A DNA stretch of 64,000 nt, taken from assembly GCA_964247055.1 (NCBI GenBank), contig OZ176054.1, forward strand, positions 12,090,001 through 12,154,000, written 5' to 3'. The DNA comes from Paragordius varius. Its lineage: Eukaryota > Animalia > Nematomorpha. This document shows, piece by piece, positions 12,591 through 23,905 of this stretch; position 1 is the first letter of the stretch; every line of letters begins with the position of its first letter. Both the position numbers and the translations under genes were made by a program. Under the pieces are notes generated by a model, which saw only the letters and a list, made by a program, of their open reading frames with translations, was not told where the DNA came from and ran no database searches.

Positions 12591-14012
12591 CTGTGTGCAA
12601 AGTTAATTTTTTTTACGTAATTTTTTTCATGAGATAGTTTATGACCAGTGAATTCATTTGCCGCATATATTTTAATTTGTTGACGACCTAGTTTTTGAAA
12701 TATTAAGAGAAAATCGAAATCGGGAAAAAAGTGAGAATTAATGCTAATTAAGGAATTGAAAAAAAAGTTGAGATACATGGTTGATTATCATTTTAGCAAT
12801 ATTTTCTATATATAAATAGCTTAAAATAATATATATAGGGTTTCTATAAAATTTCAGTTTAAAAGATAACACTTAGAAGTCAAAAATATTTTTGTGAAAC
12901 TACCTTAATATAATATTTTTTAATTATTTACCAGCTACACTATTTAAATCTTAACATTCATATCTTATTCAGTAAAAAAAATTATATCAAAATAAAACTA
13001 ATAAATATTGTTTTTTATTTTTACTTTTTTTATCTGGTTTATTAGTGTATAAAAAATTTATACTGTTTTATTTTGAAATCTTACATGCGTGGGATTTATA
13101 AATTATATAATTTATGCATAATAGCATTTAACAGTAGTGGAATATCAACCGACACGTATAAATTTCTTTAACAGGTTTGTTTTAACACAAAGTAATATTT
13201 TTCCTGGGACATGTACGAATTTGAATTTCTACTACTTTTAAATCTTATTTTGCATAAATTATATACTTTATAACTCCCGTTAATGTAAGATTCTAAAATA
13301 AAACAGTAAGTTTTTTATACCGTCATAAACCAGAATACAAAAATATGAAAAAATAAAAAAGTATATTTTACTTTAATGATATAGAAGTTTTTTTCAATGA
13401 ATGAGATATGAGTGTTAAGTTAATAGTATATTTAGCTAGTAAATAATTAAAAAAATTAGTTTGATATAGTTTCATAAATTTCTTTTTGACTCTTAAGTCT
13501 GTTAAAAGAAAAACGCTGTCTTTTTCGAGATTTTATAGAAACCCTATTAATATGATTTTAGGCTATTTATATATAGAAAATATCTCTTAAAATGATAATC
13601 AACCATATTATCTCAACTTTTATCATTATTTTGAATTATACTTAATTATCCTTAATTTTCATTTTTGCCCGATTTCGATTTTCTCTTGATATTTCAAAAA
13701 CTAGGTCGTAAGCAAATAAAAATTTTTTGTAAAAAATTATTTTACACAGTGTATATATATATATTATAATTAGGGGTTTGTGGGGCAACTTTTTCAGACT
13801 ACATACATCAACGATATAATTTTCCGGCACAACTCAAAGCTCGATATCTTGAGGCAAGAGAGGGCCTAAATCAAGGTTCTCCCTCAAACTCGCAAGTTCA
13901 AATAGTATGCGCGCCGTCTTCAACGAAAAAATATTCTGTTATGTATATGGAGAACATGATTATTAAATTAGAACAGTGGGAAATGGGTGCATCTGCATGT
14001 CAATGTTATTAA
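3781..14012 (+). CDS. Divergent TGF-beta superfamily ligand precursor (~362 aa)
   Basis: Exons 3781-3853, 3919-4011, 7711-8191, 9203-9405 and 13774-14012, all with GT-AG introns and consistent phases (total 1089 nt). Signal peptide MYFHFLVGLVTILFGVTKA. Prodomain-like segments IPKYLLEQY, WGFDMTGIDGKNILNAEF and YLIISIKPILEFW..LTITLKI..YLFTYT. Basic site RRHLQKR/S. Mature cystine knot HHCRVATYQIKLSEYIPDVIVPIGNITLHHCTGVC...IVCAPSSTKKYSVMYMENMIIKLEQWEMGASACQCY*. Confidence 0.88.
4350..4850. repeat. Tandem duplication of ~260 bp in TGF-beta intron 2
   Basis: The block AATATTGGAAAGGAAGCGCAAAGG...GTTATAATAACCA occurs at ~4402-4585 and ~4659-4850 with scattered substitutions. Confidence 0.85.
4881..5069. 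mobile_element. hAT-type MITE (~190 bp)
   Basis: Imperfect TIR CAGAGGCATAGCT / AGCTAAACCTCTG. The 8-bp flanks GTTAATAT and GTTAATAA match 7/8. Same family as 21701-21970. Confidence 0.7.
6370..6628. mobile_element. 5'-truncated hAT (Charlie-like) MITE fragment
   Basis: Ends GGGCCGCGTGTTCGCCATCCCTG followed by ATCTAGAT, an NTCTAGAN-type target. Internal GCGGGCCG motifs are shared with 52822-52890. No left TIR was found. Confidence 0.45.
8963..9046. repeat. Short (~38 bp) direct tandem duplication
   Basis: CATTTTTTCATCCTAAACACTTTTCATGCAAACGCAG occurs twice in tandem in TGF-beta intron 3. Confidence 0.85.
9576..11160. mobile_element. CAC..GTG MITE copy 2, right end clipped, with a nested ~530-bp insertion (9971-10501)
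   Basis: Colinear with 744-1862 from CACTAGACAACAAATTTT (left flank TTA) to CGAGTGGCAGAAAAATTTGT; the last ~9 nt of the TIR are missing. The extra segment CACTT...AAGTG is absent from copy 1. Confidence 0.75.
12563..12590. repeat. (TA)n microsatellite
   Basis: About 14 TA units. Similar tracts occur at 31729-31759 and 43201-43230. Confidence 0.95.
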
Positions 14013-15290
14013 AATTATTTTACATTACATATTATCATGAATCCATCTATACGTGTTATCTTGCTATTTATGAATATGTAGTTCTTGTTCAATATAATTA
14101 ACGTTTTTAAGGGAACTTTAATAAATTTAGAAGCATTCATATTTTTATTTAATATATGCGTTCATCAGAAAAGGCAAAATATTTGATCATGCATGGTATT
14201 ATATTTTAAAAATATAAACCCGATTTAGTGGAGTTTAGCTAACCGACTCAAGAGATAAATATGTAAAACTCTTGGATTAAACGGATCATAAATATATGGA
14301 CAACGATGATAGTCTTGGACAAAATATTGTCAGCAACTTAGCTATCAAATATCAGTAAATGAGTGAATTAACGAATCATTCTAAAATAAAGTCGATTCGA
14401 AGTGGCAAACATAGTTAGACTTTATTCAAAATGCAGTCTGTACCTCTACTAAAGCTTTAAAAATAATTTGATAAATTTTAAATGACAGTCGATTGAAATT
14501 TTTACAATGTAAAATGCAGATAATTAAACAATCAATATGTCCCGTTTCTTTTGCGTGAAAATTATAAATAAAAAGCGTAGTATAAGCCTTAATTGACCTT
14601 GAATTTTTTAATCGGTCTTAAGACGTATGTGTAATAAATTTTTAAATTATTTTACGGATGTTATTTATATCGAGCTTGATTGCGATATTATATTTTAGTT
14701 CTCGACAATACATAATTAATATGCTTAACTCACTTAATGTGTTAATAATTATAGGTAAATAACAGAATAAAGGATTCACGTTAAAGAGATTTATAGAGAA
14801 ATAAATAATCTACCTCTTATTATAAATCTGGTGCGGTTTGGAGTGATCACCGATTTGTGCTAGTGAGTTTCGCGAGTTATATACTACGTATTCAAGGCAA
14901 TCATTATAGAATATTACACATAATTTTGGTATCACCCATCATTTAAAAATGTGGGTAGTTGAGAAATCTAAAAAATTAAATTTTATTTTGCTTATAATCC
15001 ATAACATTGGGCCATTCATCAATCAGTTAACCTCTAAAATAAAACTTACTTTGGAATCTAAAAATTATAATTTATTTAGTCGAACTTTATTCTAAACCAA
15101 TTTACCGCTAAAGAGTATATATCTTTTCATCAATCTATTATTTATATTTATGCATAATTTAAGACCTCATTGCGTCCATCACCCAATGAAGTCATTAAAG
15201 ATTTTGATTCCATGAACTACATAATTTTGCATTTTTCAAAAATAGTCAGTAATGATTGGTATAATATTTCTCATATCTGATTAATAATTA

Positions 15291-16422
15291 CACTGCTCAA
15301 CAAGGTTTTGCACCACCCCATTATTTTTGCATTTTCTGATACCTAATGGCATGGATAGGCCAAAACAAAAAAGAAAATTGAGTCCACCAATAGGATTTTT
15401 CCAAAATTTAATTTTTAAATTTGTAATTAATTCAAAAATAACAATCATTCCTTGTGTACATATGTTTAAATATTCAAACAAGCAAGTCGATACAAGTAAT
15501 TTTTCATGCATGGATAACAAATTCTAGGCATTAAATAAGATACTAAACAAGCTAAGAGCCAAAGTATTAAAAATCTAAAAGGGCTTAGTATAGTGTGATA
15601 GATCCGGGCGGCTGCACAAGCTCTGCATATCGCCCAAGCGATCCAATTACTCCAGATATGGCAAAGATAACAATAAGTAATCGTAAAGCCCGATAAGAGA
15701 GACTCGAAAGCAAAATCCAGGCAAATTGACATGTCAAATTAACCAATTTACAGAATAAAGTTAGATAAATACAATTAAATTGAATATAAATTAGGTAAAT
15801 ACAAATGGTCCAACCCCATAACAGTAAATTCTACTAAAAGTGGCTACACAACATCCATCTGAAATTCAAAATACAAAACAACGAATAATTTTAAAAAAAT
15901 AAGGTATATCCACTAGGTATAAATAAAGGATTTTTTATAAGAACCATCAAGAGAAAAAGTCTAATAAGTACTCGAAAGAACGAAAACTAACAAAAAAAAT
16001 ATAGCCTATCTGAAAGCCGAAGGTTTAAACCATAGAATGCCTTTTTTAGTATTTTTTTAAAAATTTTTTATATGTGTTAAAAATTCACTTGAAAAAAAAG
16101 ACTAAATTTTGACGTTTAAGTCCGTACTATTTTTTTTCTCTCTGATATTTAAATGACATATTTATATTCAAAAGATAGAGTTTAAAACGCTTTATTAAAT
16201 GATATTAATTTTATAATATAATAACATTTTATTATAAAATTATATTTAATTTTCTCTCGATTTTTACTTTTTTTTGAAAAATTGAAAAACCTATAAAATT
16301 TCAAAATTGTGATTGGCGGGAACAAAACTTTTTTCAAATTCGGTTTTAAAACACTGAAATTAGTCATAATTTAAAAAGTTTGAGTGGTGGTGCTTGAAAA
16401 TGTCCAAATTTGTGGACTAGTG
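15291..16422. mobile_element. CAC..GTG non-autonomous DNA transposon with TTA TSD (different family from 744-1862)
   Basis: Left end CACTGCTCAACAAGG..GCACCACC; right end GGTGGTGC..TTGTGGACTAGTG. TTA directly flanks both ends (15288-15290 and 16423-16425). The TIRs are imperfect. Confidence 0.55.
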
Positions 16423-16956
16423 TTATCTAAAGATTTTAATATTGTAAAATAAAATTTTTTATCTATTCTCTATTCATCCCCTAAACACTAAAAATCATAG
16501 AGTTTTGTTAGTAAAACCAACCGTTAATTCATAACTTTAATTAAAATTGGCTGATTCCTTTTTTATCGTTTTAATGATGCAGGACATGGAATCACCACAA
16601 AAATATTAAAAGCGTTTTGAGTTAAAATTGTTTTGAAAGCTTATTTTTTAAGATAAAAATCGTACCATATACTTTCAAAGACCCAACATTTTGGGCTATT
16701 TTAGCAATTATAATCCCTTTTATTACAAGTTACTACTACTTAAAAATAATGAATATTATAACAATTAAATCTTTCTTTAATCTTATGTTTACGATTAGCA
16801 CAAAATAATTTTTAAAATTAACATTAAATTTGATTACTTTAGCCAATTATAAATGGTATATTGAATATATATGAGTTATTATTGGTCTTGATCCATCCCA
16901 TTTCTTTCATTATTCACAGATTCAAAGATTTAAGAATATGATTAAGCCAGTAAGAT

Positions 16957-19900
16957 GGTTGGTTGGTTTTTCCTAAGTCGTAAACGACTTTTTGGATATA
17001 GTTTTAACTATTTCTTTCCATTTTTTCCTATCTTTAACCGCTATATTGATCTCTTTCAGTGTCATTTTGGTCTCTTCTTTTATCATATCCAACCACCTCA
17101 TCGGTGGTCGGCCTCGTTTCCTTTGCCCTTCTACTTTCCCAAACATTGTATCTTTCTCCAGAGAATTCGATCGCATGACATGACCAAAATATGTTAACTT
17201 TCTTTTTAGAATTATCTCCATGATGTTTGTTTTAGGTTTTATTTCTGTAGTTAGATTTTCATTCTTAATTTTATCCTTCCAGGTGTATCCTAGCATCCTA
17301 CGCCAGCAACTCCTTTCAAAAGCCATGAGCCTTTCTTTGTCCCTTTTTCTGAGAGTCCAACTCTCACATCCATATGTGGTGACCGGGAGAACGAAACAGT
17401 AGAGTAATCTTTTTTTGGTTTCAACTCCTGCGCTTTTGTTTTTCCAAATCTTTATTAATTTTGTCATCGCTTCTCTGCCAATCCTATTCTCTTTCTGATG
17501 TCAGGAGTTGAAGACCCATCCTCTGAAATTATTGCGCCCAAAAACGTCAACTGTTTAACTATTTCTATTTCTACTCCTTCTATTATAATTGTAGGCTTTT
17601 TTCCTGTACATAATATTTTGGTTTTGTTAGGATTAAGCCTAAGACCATACCTCAAACTTTCCTTTCGAATCTCTTCAATCAATTCCTTCAAATCATCTGC
17701 ACTTTCAGCTATAAGAGTGGTATCGTCTGCAAACCTTAAATTATTGATTGTTCTCCCTCCTATTCTTACTCCAATATTTTTACCATCCAACTTCCTCATT
17801 ATCATTTCTGTGCACATATTGAACAGATAAGAGGATAAGCAACACCCTTGTCTGACTCCTTTCAAGATAGGTATTTCGTCTGTGTCCCCCGCTGGTGTTC
17901 TAATAATCGCTCTTTGTTTTACATACAGAGAGCTAATCAATCTTATTAAGTGAGACGATACCCCTACTAACTTTAATGTTTCCCACAAGGAGTCATAGTT
18001 AATTGAATCGAATGCTTGTCTGTAATCAATAAAACACATGTATAATTCTTTTTGGAATTCTTTTGATGTTTCCATTATCCTTCTCATGTTTGAGATATGG
18101 TCTCTTGTGCTTTTTCCCTTCATAAATCCAGCTTGATTTTCTGGTATTTCTGTCTGTATGATACTGTGCATTCTGTTTTGTATTACTTTTAGTAAAACCT
18201 TACTAGCGTGGCTAATAAGAGATACGTTCCGATAATTCTCGCATTGGAGTACATCTCCTTTTTTGTATATTGGAAGATATACAGATGATGTCCAGTCGTT
18301 TGGCCACTCACATGTTTCCCACACCTTTTGATATAACTTGTGTAACGTTTCTACAGGAATAGCTTTTATGAACTCTATTGGGATATTGTCTAACCCCATC
18401 GCTTTGTTGTTAGGAATTTGTTTTAAGGCTAATTCAACCTCCTCTCTTAGTATATCTGGATCACGTTCTTCTTCTTTTAATTGCAACACCTTTGCTTGAG
18501 GAGCCTGATAGAGTTTTTGGGTGTATTCCTTCCATCTTTCTCGTACTTCTGTTTGTTTGCACAATATGGTGCCATTCTCTTTTTTAATCTTTTGTGATGA
18601 TATAAAAGGTTTATGAGTCATTTGCTTCAGTTTCTGGAACATTGGTTGCATTAATCCTTTTTTGTTATTTAATTCCACTTCCAGACATTGTTTATTAAGA
18701 AAATCTTCATAATTTTTCCTTTTTGTCGTTGAAATTCTTTGTTATATAATTTTACCATTTTATTATCACCTCTTGATTTAGCTGTTCTCCTCTTTTCTGC
18801 TATCTCTATACTCTTTTCTGATATCCATTTGTTATCTTTCCTCTTTACTCTCTGCACTTTTTCTTTTGCCACTTCATTAACAACATTTTTTATCGTTCCC
18901 CATAATTGTTCTGAGCTACTTCCATTGTCCAATCTTCCTAATCTATCTTTGGTTTCTGTTCTAAAATTATTTGGAATGTTCCGAGTGTCGTATCTGTATA
19001 TCTGTTTAACCTTATTTCTAATTATTTTAAGTTTGATTTTGGTTATTAGAAGCTCATGATCGCTAGAGCAATCGCTGCTTTTGCTTGTTTTGGTATCGAT
19101 TATAGAGCTTTTCCATTTTTGAGGACATATTATGTAATCAATTTGATTCTTATATTTACCACATGGAGAGGTCCATGTGTATAACCTCCTATTGTGTTGT
19201 GGAAACCATGTGTTGGTTATCATCATCTCATTTTCTTGACAAAAATTGATCAGTGCTTCCCCGGCCTCGTTTCGTTCTCCCAATCCATATGGCCCGACTA
19301 TTTGATCTACTCTACCTCTACCAACTTTGCTGTTCCAATCCCCTCCTATGATAATCATATCTCCTTTCTTCGTTTCATCCAAAACTATTTGCAACGTTGC
19401 ATAAAAGTCCTCTATGTCTTCTTTGGGAGCGTTTGACGTAGGAGCATAGACCTATGTATGTAAATTTAAGTGGCTTGGCATTCAGCCTAATACTCATGAT
19501 TCTGGGTGTATACGGTGTATAACTAATGAGACTTTTATTTAATTTGTTTTTTATTAATACTGCAACGCCTTCAGATTTCTGGTCATCTCTTCCCGATCTT
19601 AACAATGTATAATTTTCGTTTTGTACTTTCGCGCCACCTTTTTGCTTGGTTTCCGTTAGACCCAGTATATCTAAGTTCAATCTTTCCATTTCCTTTTCAA
19701 TTATCACCTGTTTGGTTGATGTTAAGGAACGTACGTTCCAGCATCCAACTTTGAAAAGTCTTGTTAAATTCATATAGAAAAACTATTTTTTGGCAGTAAT
19801 AAACGAGGGTGGTTTGCCATTGCCTTCCCTCTCACTTACCCTCTTTACAAAAAATAAATATCTAGAATAATTAAAATTAAAGAGTAATCTATAAATGTTG

Positions 19901-20265
19901 TTAATTTGGATAAATTATAAATATTAATATTTCACTCTGTCTGGCAATCATAAAAGAAAAATATAATGAAATTATGGCTAGGCTGGTAAAAATAAAATAA
20001 TTAGGCACCAAGGAGTAGAGAAAAAAAAGAAAAAAAAGAGATATGTATAACAATGATTTTTGATGACTTAAGAATTATGTTACTCTTTAAATTACATACT
20101 TAGCATACAAATAAAATAAAAACTCTACAAAACAAAGAAAAATATTAATAATTACTAAAAGGAAACATATTTATTAAATATATTTATAGAATATAATAAA
20201 ATAATACTATCCTTGAATTTGCCGCTTTCAATCACATGGTTTCATGCATGAGTTACAAAAAAAAT
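16957..20265 (-). mobile_element. Full-length RTE-clade non-LTR retrotransposon (APE endonuclease + reverse transcriptase), frameshifted
   Basis: The ORF is split into 19773-19375 (GCWNVRSL, LGLTETK), 19394-18669 (IIGGDWNS, QIDYII, SDHELL), 18678-17464 (RT: QAGF, FIDYRQAFDSI, GVRQGCCLS, LRFADD) and 17467-16973 (C-terminus, YFGHVMR..GRPPMRWLD). Short (CCAA)n 3' tail. An 11-bp TSD GCCAGTAAGAT lies at 16946-16956 and 20266-20276. Confidence 0.93.
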
Positions 20266-21700
20266 GCCAGTAAGATAATTATAATAATATTTATAAATTA
20301 AAATATTGATTGTTGAAACTAAATATCTCTTATCTTTAAAAAATATAATGTGATTGTTAATAATTTTTTAATTAATCTGACTGTAAAAAATTAATAAAGA
20401 CAAAACTTAAAAGTAAATATTTTTTATTAAGACCACTATATAATAACATTTTTTGAAAATAGCCCATGTTAGTATTATAGAGCGTGAATTGGAAACACAA
20501 ATTATATATTTCACAATTTCGATCTTTTAGATTGCATAGAATGGATAATAAAAATTAAAGATACTACAATACGAAATTCGCGCCTTTAATTTTTACGTTT
20601 TGTCCGATTTTGAATTTACTGTAAAAATATACCTTTTTGAACTCAAATCGATTAATATAGGGATAGTTAATTAGAAAATTGATATTAATTACATCTGATC
20701 TATGTAAAGCTGCACATATATTATTTCTAGTATGATTACCCAAATCCTATGCAGGCTATTAATCAATCATTGGACATATATTGAAATTAAAACAAATTGC
20801 TTTTATTGAAAATCAAATTTGAAATATTAAGTATTGGAACATGTTTAAATGTAAAAAAATATAAAAAGTTTATATTAATGACGATTGTTAAAAATATAGT
20901 AAGATTGTAAATAAAATGCCTGAAAGTGATTGTTGATATTTTGCATGGTTACATACCGATATCTACCATATTACTAAAGATACACATTAATAAAATAGAG
21001 TAAAATACATTGCTAATTTTTGTATGCTATTTGGCAATATTTTGAAAAACTAGCAATGTATTTTACCCATACTGATCAATTATAAAATATGTCATAATTT
21101 GATAACAAGTAAGTTTTTGGGCATTAAATTGGTTTCTCGAAACATTATAAAACTTTAACCGATTTTAACGGCTTCCTACAAGATTTAATATACCGCTATA
21201 AAACTGATTTCTGTCACTAAGTTATCTTCAAATTTTTATTTTCACATAATTTATATTTAGAACAGTTTTGAAAAGTATAAGCATGATTGTGGGATGAATG
21301 CCCCCTATCCATTTTGCAATTAAATTTAAAATGGCTATTACCTAAGAATGAATGAGGTTTTGTTTTATTTATTAATAATTATGCGAATTATTAAATCTAT
21401 CTCAATTTAAATAAATGATATATAAAAAATATAGTGCTGTTCGAAAAAGACACCTCATAACTAATAAATAAAACTGTTAAATTTCCAATCTACTAAAATA
21501 ATAAAATCAAAACAGCGTTTTTAATACAGTTTATATGAAGTAAACAAAAAAAGTTATCTCATTCATTCCCTAAATAGAATGCGATAAAGATTTATTTGAT
21601 TCATTTTTAAGGAGTATTTTAGAATTAACTTTAGAATTTGGCCTTTGTTCCCTAACCCTCTGTAGAGATATAGGTATAACACCAATATAATATATGATAA

Positions 21701-21970
21701 CAAAGGCGTAGCTAGAGGGGAGGAAAGGGGGACTGAGTCATAGTTGAGTGGGCGCCGGATTTTAAATTTTTTTAAATTTTATTTAAAAAAATTGGTATTC
21801 AAAATTTAATTTTTCAAATAATGTATAGCAAATTACCCACTTATAAGTGGTCATGTCCACGGTTTGAATTTGATTATTTTTTAAAAACGCAAGAGGGGCT
21901 GCATGGAGGGGGAGGAAAGCACAATCACGGTTTCATGCACCGAACACCAGAAATGCAGGCTACGCCTCTT
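21701..21970. mobile_element. hAT-type MITE (270 bp)
   Basis: Perfect 8-bp TSD TATGATAA (21693-21700 and 21971-21978). TIR CAAAGGCGTAGC / GCTACGCCTCTT. Internal similarity to 4881-5069. Confidence 0.85.
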
Positions 21971-22411
21971 TATGATAAAAATATATTTATACCTCAACGG
22001 TTTTTTGCCAAGTTTAACTATAACTCCAGATAAATAATTTATGGTACAGCTTTGTAAAAAATAAGTCTAGAAGAATGACAAAAATGTTTATTAAAAATGA
22101 TTGTTGCATTGTTTAATTGATGTCTGTTAAGTTATATTCTTTTGATTATTAATTTAAATAAATTAATATTTGAGTTTAAGATAGTTTATATGAAACATTG
22201 ATTATAATTATATCTTTAGTATTTAATTATTCATTTAATATATTGATTTTTGACCTAGCAACAGTTTAACCTTAAAATTATATATCCCGAAAATCGGGAT
22301 TATAAACGAAATTATAAATTTATATTCCATAAATAAATATTCGGCGTCCTCCAATTATTCTATGGAATTTTAAGGTACTTCTTAGAAACTGATAAACAAT
22401 CTTAAGATTAA

Positions 22412-23905
22412 TCTATATATTTATAAAAATGGAAAATGCTGGCTTTGTGATCTGGTACAGGAAAAATGGTAGACCCATTCAAATCCAAACTTCAAAAAAA
22501 TATAATCATTAAAGAATGCCCCGACAATAGCTTCGCCCTTTTTTTGAAATAGGGCCCCAGTTCGGGCCCACCCCGTGTGAAAAATGGTTTTTTTTTGAAA
22601 ACAGAAGTCCACAAAATCGTGTATTTGAGACAATTTTCCGGAGAACGTGTTGGACCATTCAATTTCAAATATATTTAGTTATTTTCGATTGCGCCGAACA
22701 TAGTCGTCTCGCTTTTTTAATTTAGGCTCTCTTTTTACCCGCTCCCCCCGTAAAATGCCACCTTTTTCAAAAAACAAAGTCCACAAAAATATTTTTTTTA
22801 ATCGATTTTTTGCCTAAGGTATGAGACCGTAAAAAATCAATATGGATTCCACGTGTTCCCTGTTAAAAGGCAAAAATTTTAGTCCACCGTTTCTTTGATG
22901 ATAGCTGCTGGGTAAGGAGCTATTCGCTAAAAACTGATTCCTCATGTGACTTTGTGATCTGTTTCCGGAAAACCGGTGAACCCATTCAAATCCAAACATC
23001 GAAAAAATATAATCATTAATAAATTTCCCGACAATAGCTTCGCCCTTTTTTGGAATTTGGCCCCCAGTTCGGGCCTACCCCGTGTAAAAAACAGGTTGCA
23101 ACAATTTTCCGGAGAACGTGTTGGACCATTCAATTTCAAATATGAATTTTGTTTACTTATTTTTGATCGCGCCGAACATAGTCGACTCACTTTTTTGATT
23201 TTGGCCCTCTTTTTACCCGCTACCCCCGTAAAATGCCATTTTTTTCAAAAAACAAAGTCCACAAAAATAATATTTTGATTGTGTTTTTTTGCCCAAGGTA
23301 TGAGACCGTAAAAATTTAATAAAGATTCCACGTATTCCCTGTTAAAAGGCAAAAAATTTAGTCAGGCGTTTCTTTGATGATAGCTGCTGAGTAAGAAGCT
23401 ACCCGCGAAAAACTGACCCGTTATATCGAAATAGCGTGCTTTTGGGGCTAAATTTCAGAAAACCTATCAGGCCATATGAGTTCAATAGCTGTTTAAAGTA
23501 TTACCCGTGAAAAGTAAAAAATTTTTGTCGAGCGGATTTTTTGAATTAACCGTTAAATAGGCCCTTTAATTCCTAAAAATGCGCTAATTGAACTATAATT
23601 TAGTTTTGAAACCATTCTTCCATAAACTATTAGGACTGAACGATTATTCCAGGTATAAAGGCAATTTTTTTTATCTAACTACATTTTTATATTGGCCTCT
23701 GGGTAGGGGGCTACCCGCCTACAACTGCGCATTCATATCCATACATCATGTCTTTGGAGCCAAATTTCAGAATATGACACTATGTGAATCATTTAAATTT
23801 CGTGCCGCATACCAAAATTACCTATAAAATTGAAAATGCCCCCCCCCCCCGCTAAAAGTCCGAAAGACTTCCTCGGGCTGCGTAGCAGCACGAGATTTAC
23901 GCTAG
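22412..23905 (+). mobile_element. Non-autonomous Helitron, copy A, with internal tandem repeats
   Basis: Starts TCTATATATTTATAAAAATGG immediately after an A. Ends with the hairpin CTCGGGCTGC-GTA-GCAGCACGAG, a 7-nt spacer and CTAG, immediately before a T. No TSD. Contains an internal ~507-bp tandem duplication (22443 and 22950). Homologous to 52911-55223 and 62439-63661. Confidence 0.8.

Noticed and set aside
16955-19436. Plus-strand ORFs overlapping the RTE element
   Set aside because: They are antisense shadows of the retrotransposon ORF, with no independent evidence.
22421-23278. ORFs of 60-100 aa in the Helitron repeats (also 52890-53117, 54258-54458 and 62667-63282)
   Set aside because: The frames are not conserved between copies and no protein motifs are present, so these are chance ORFs in non-coding repeats.
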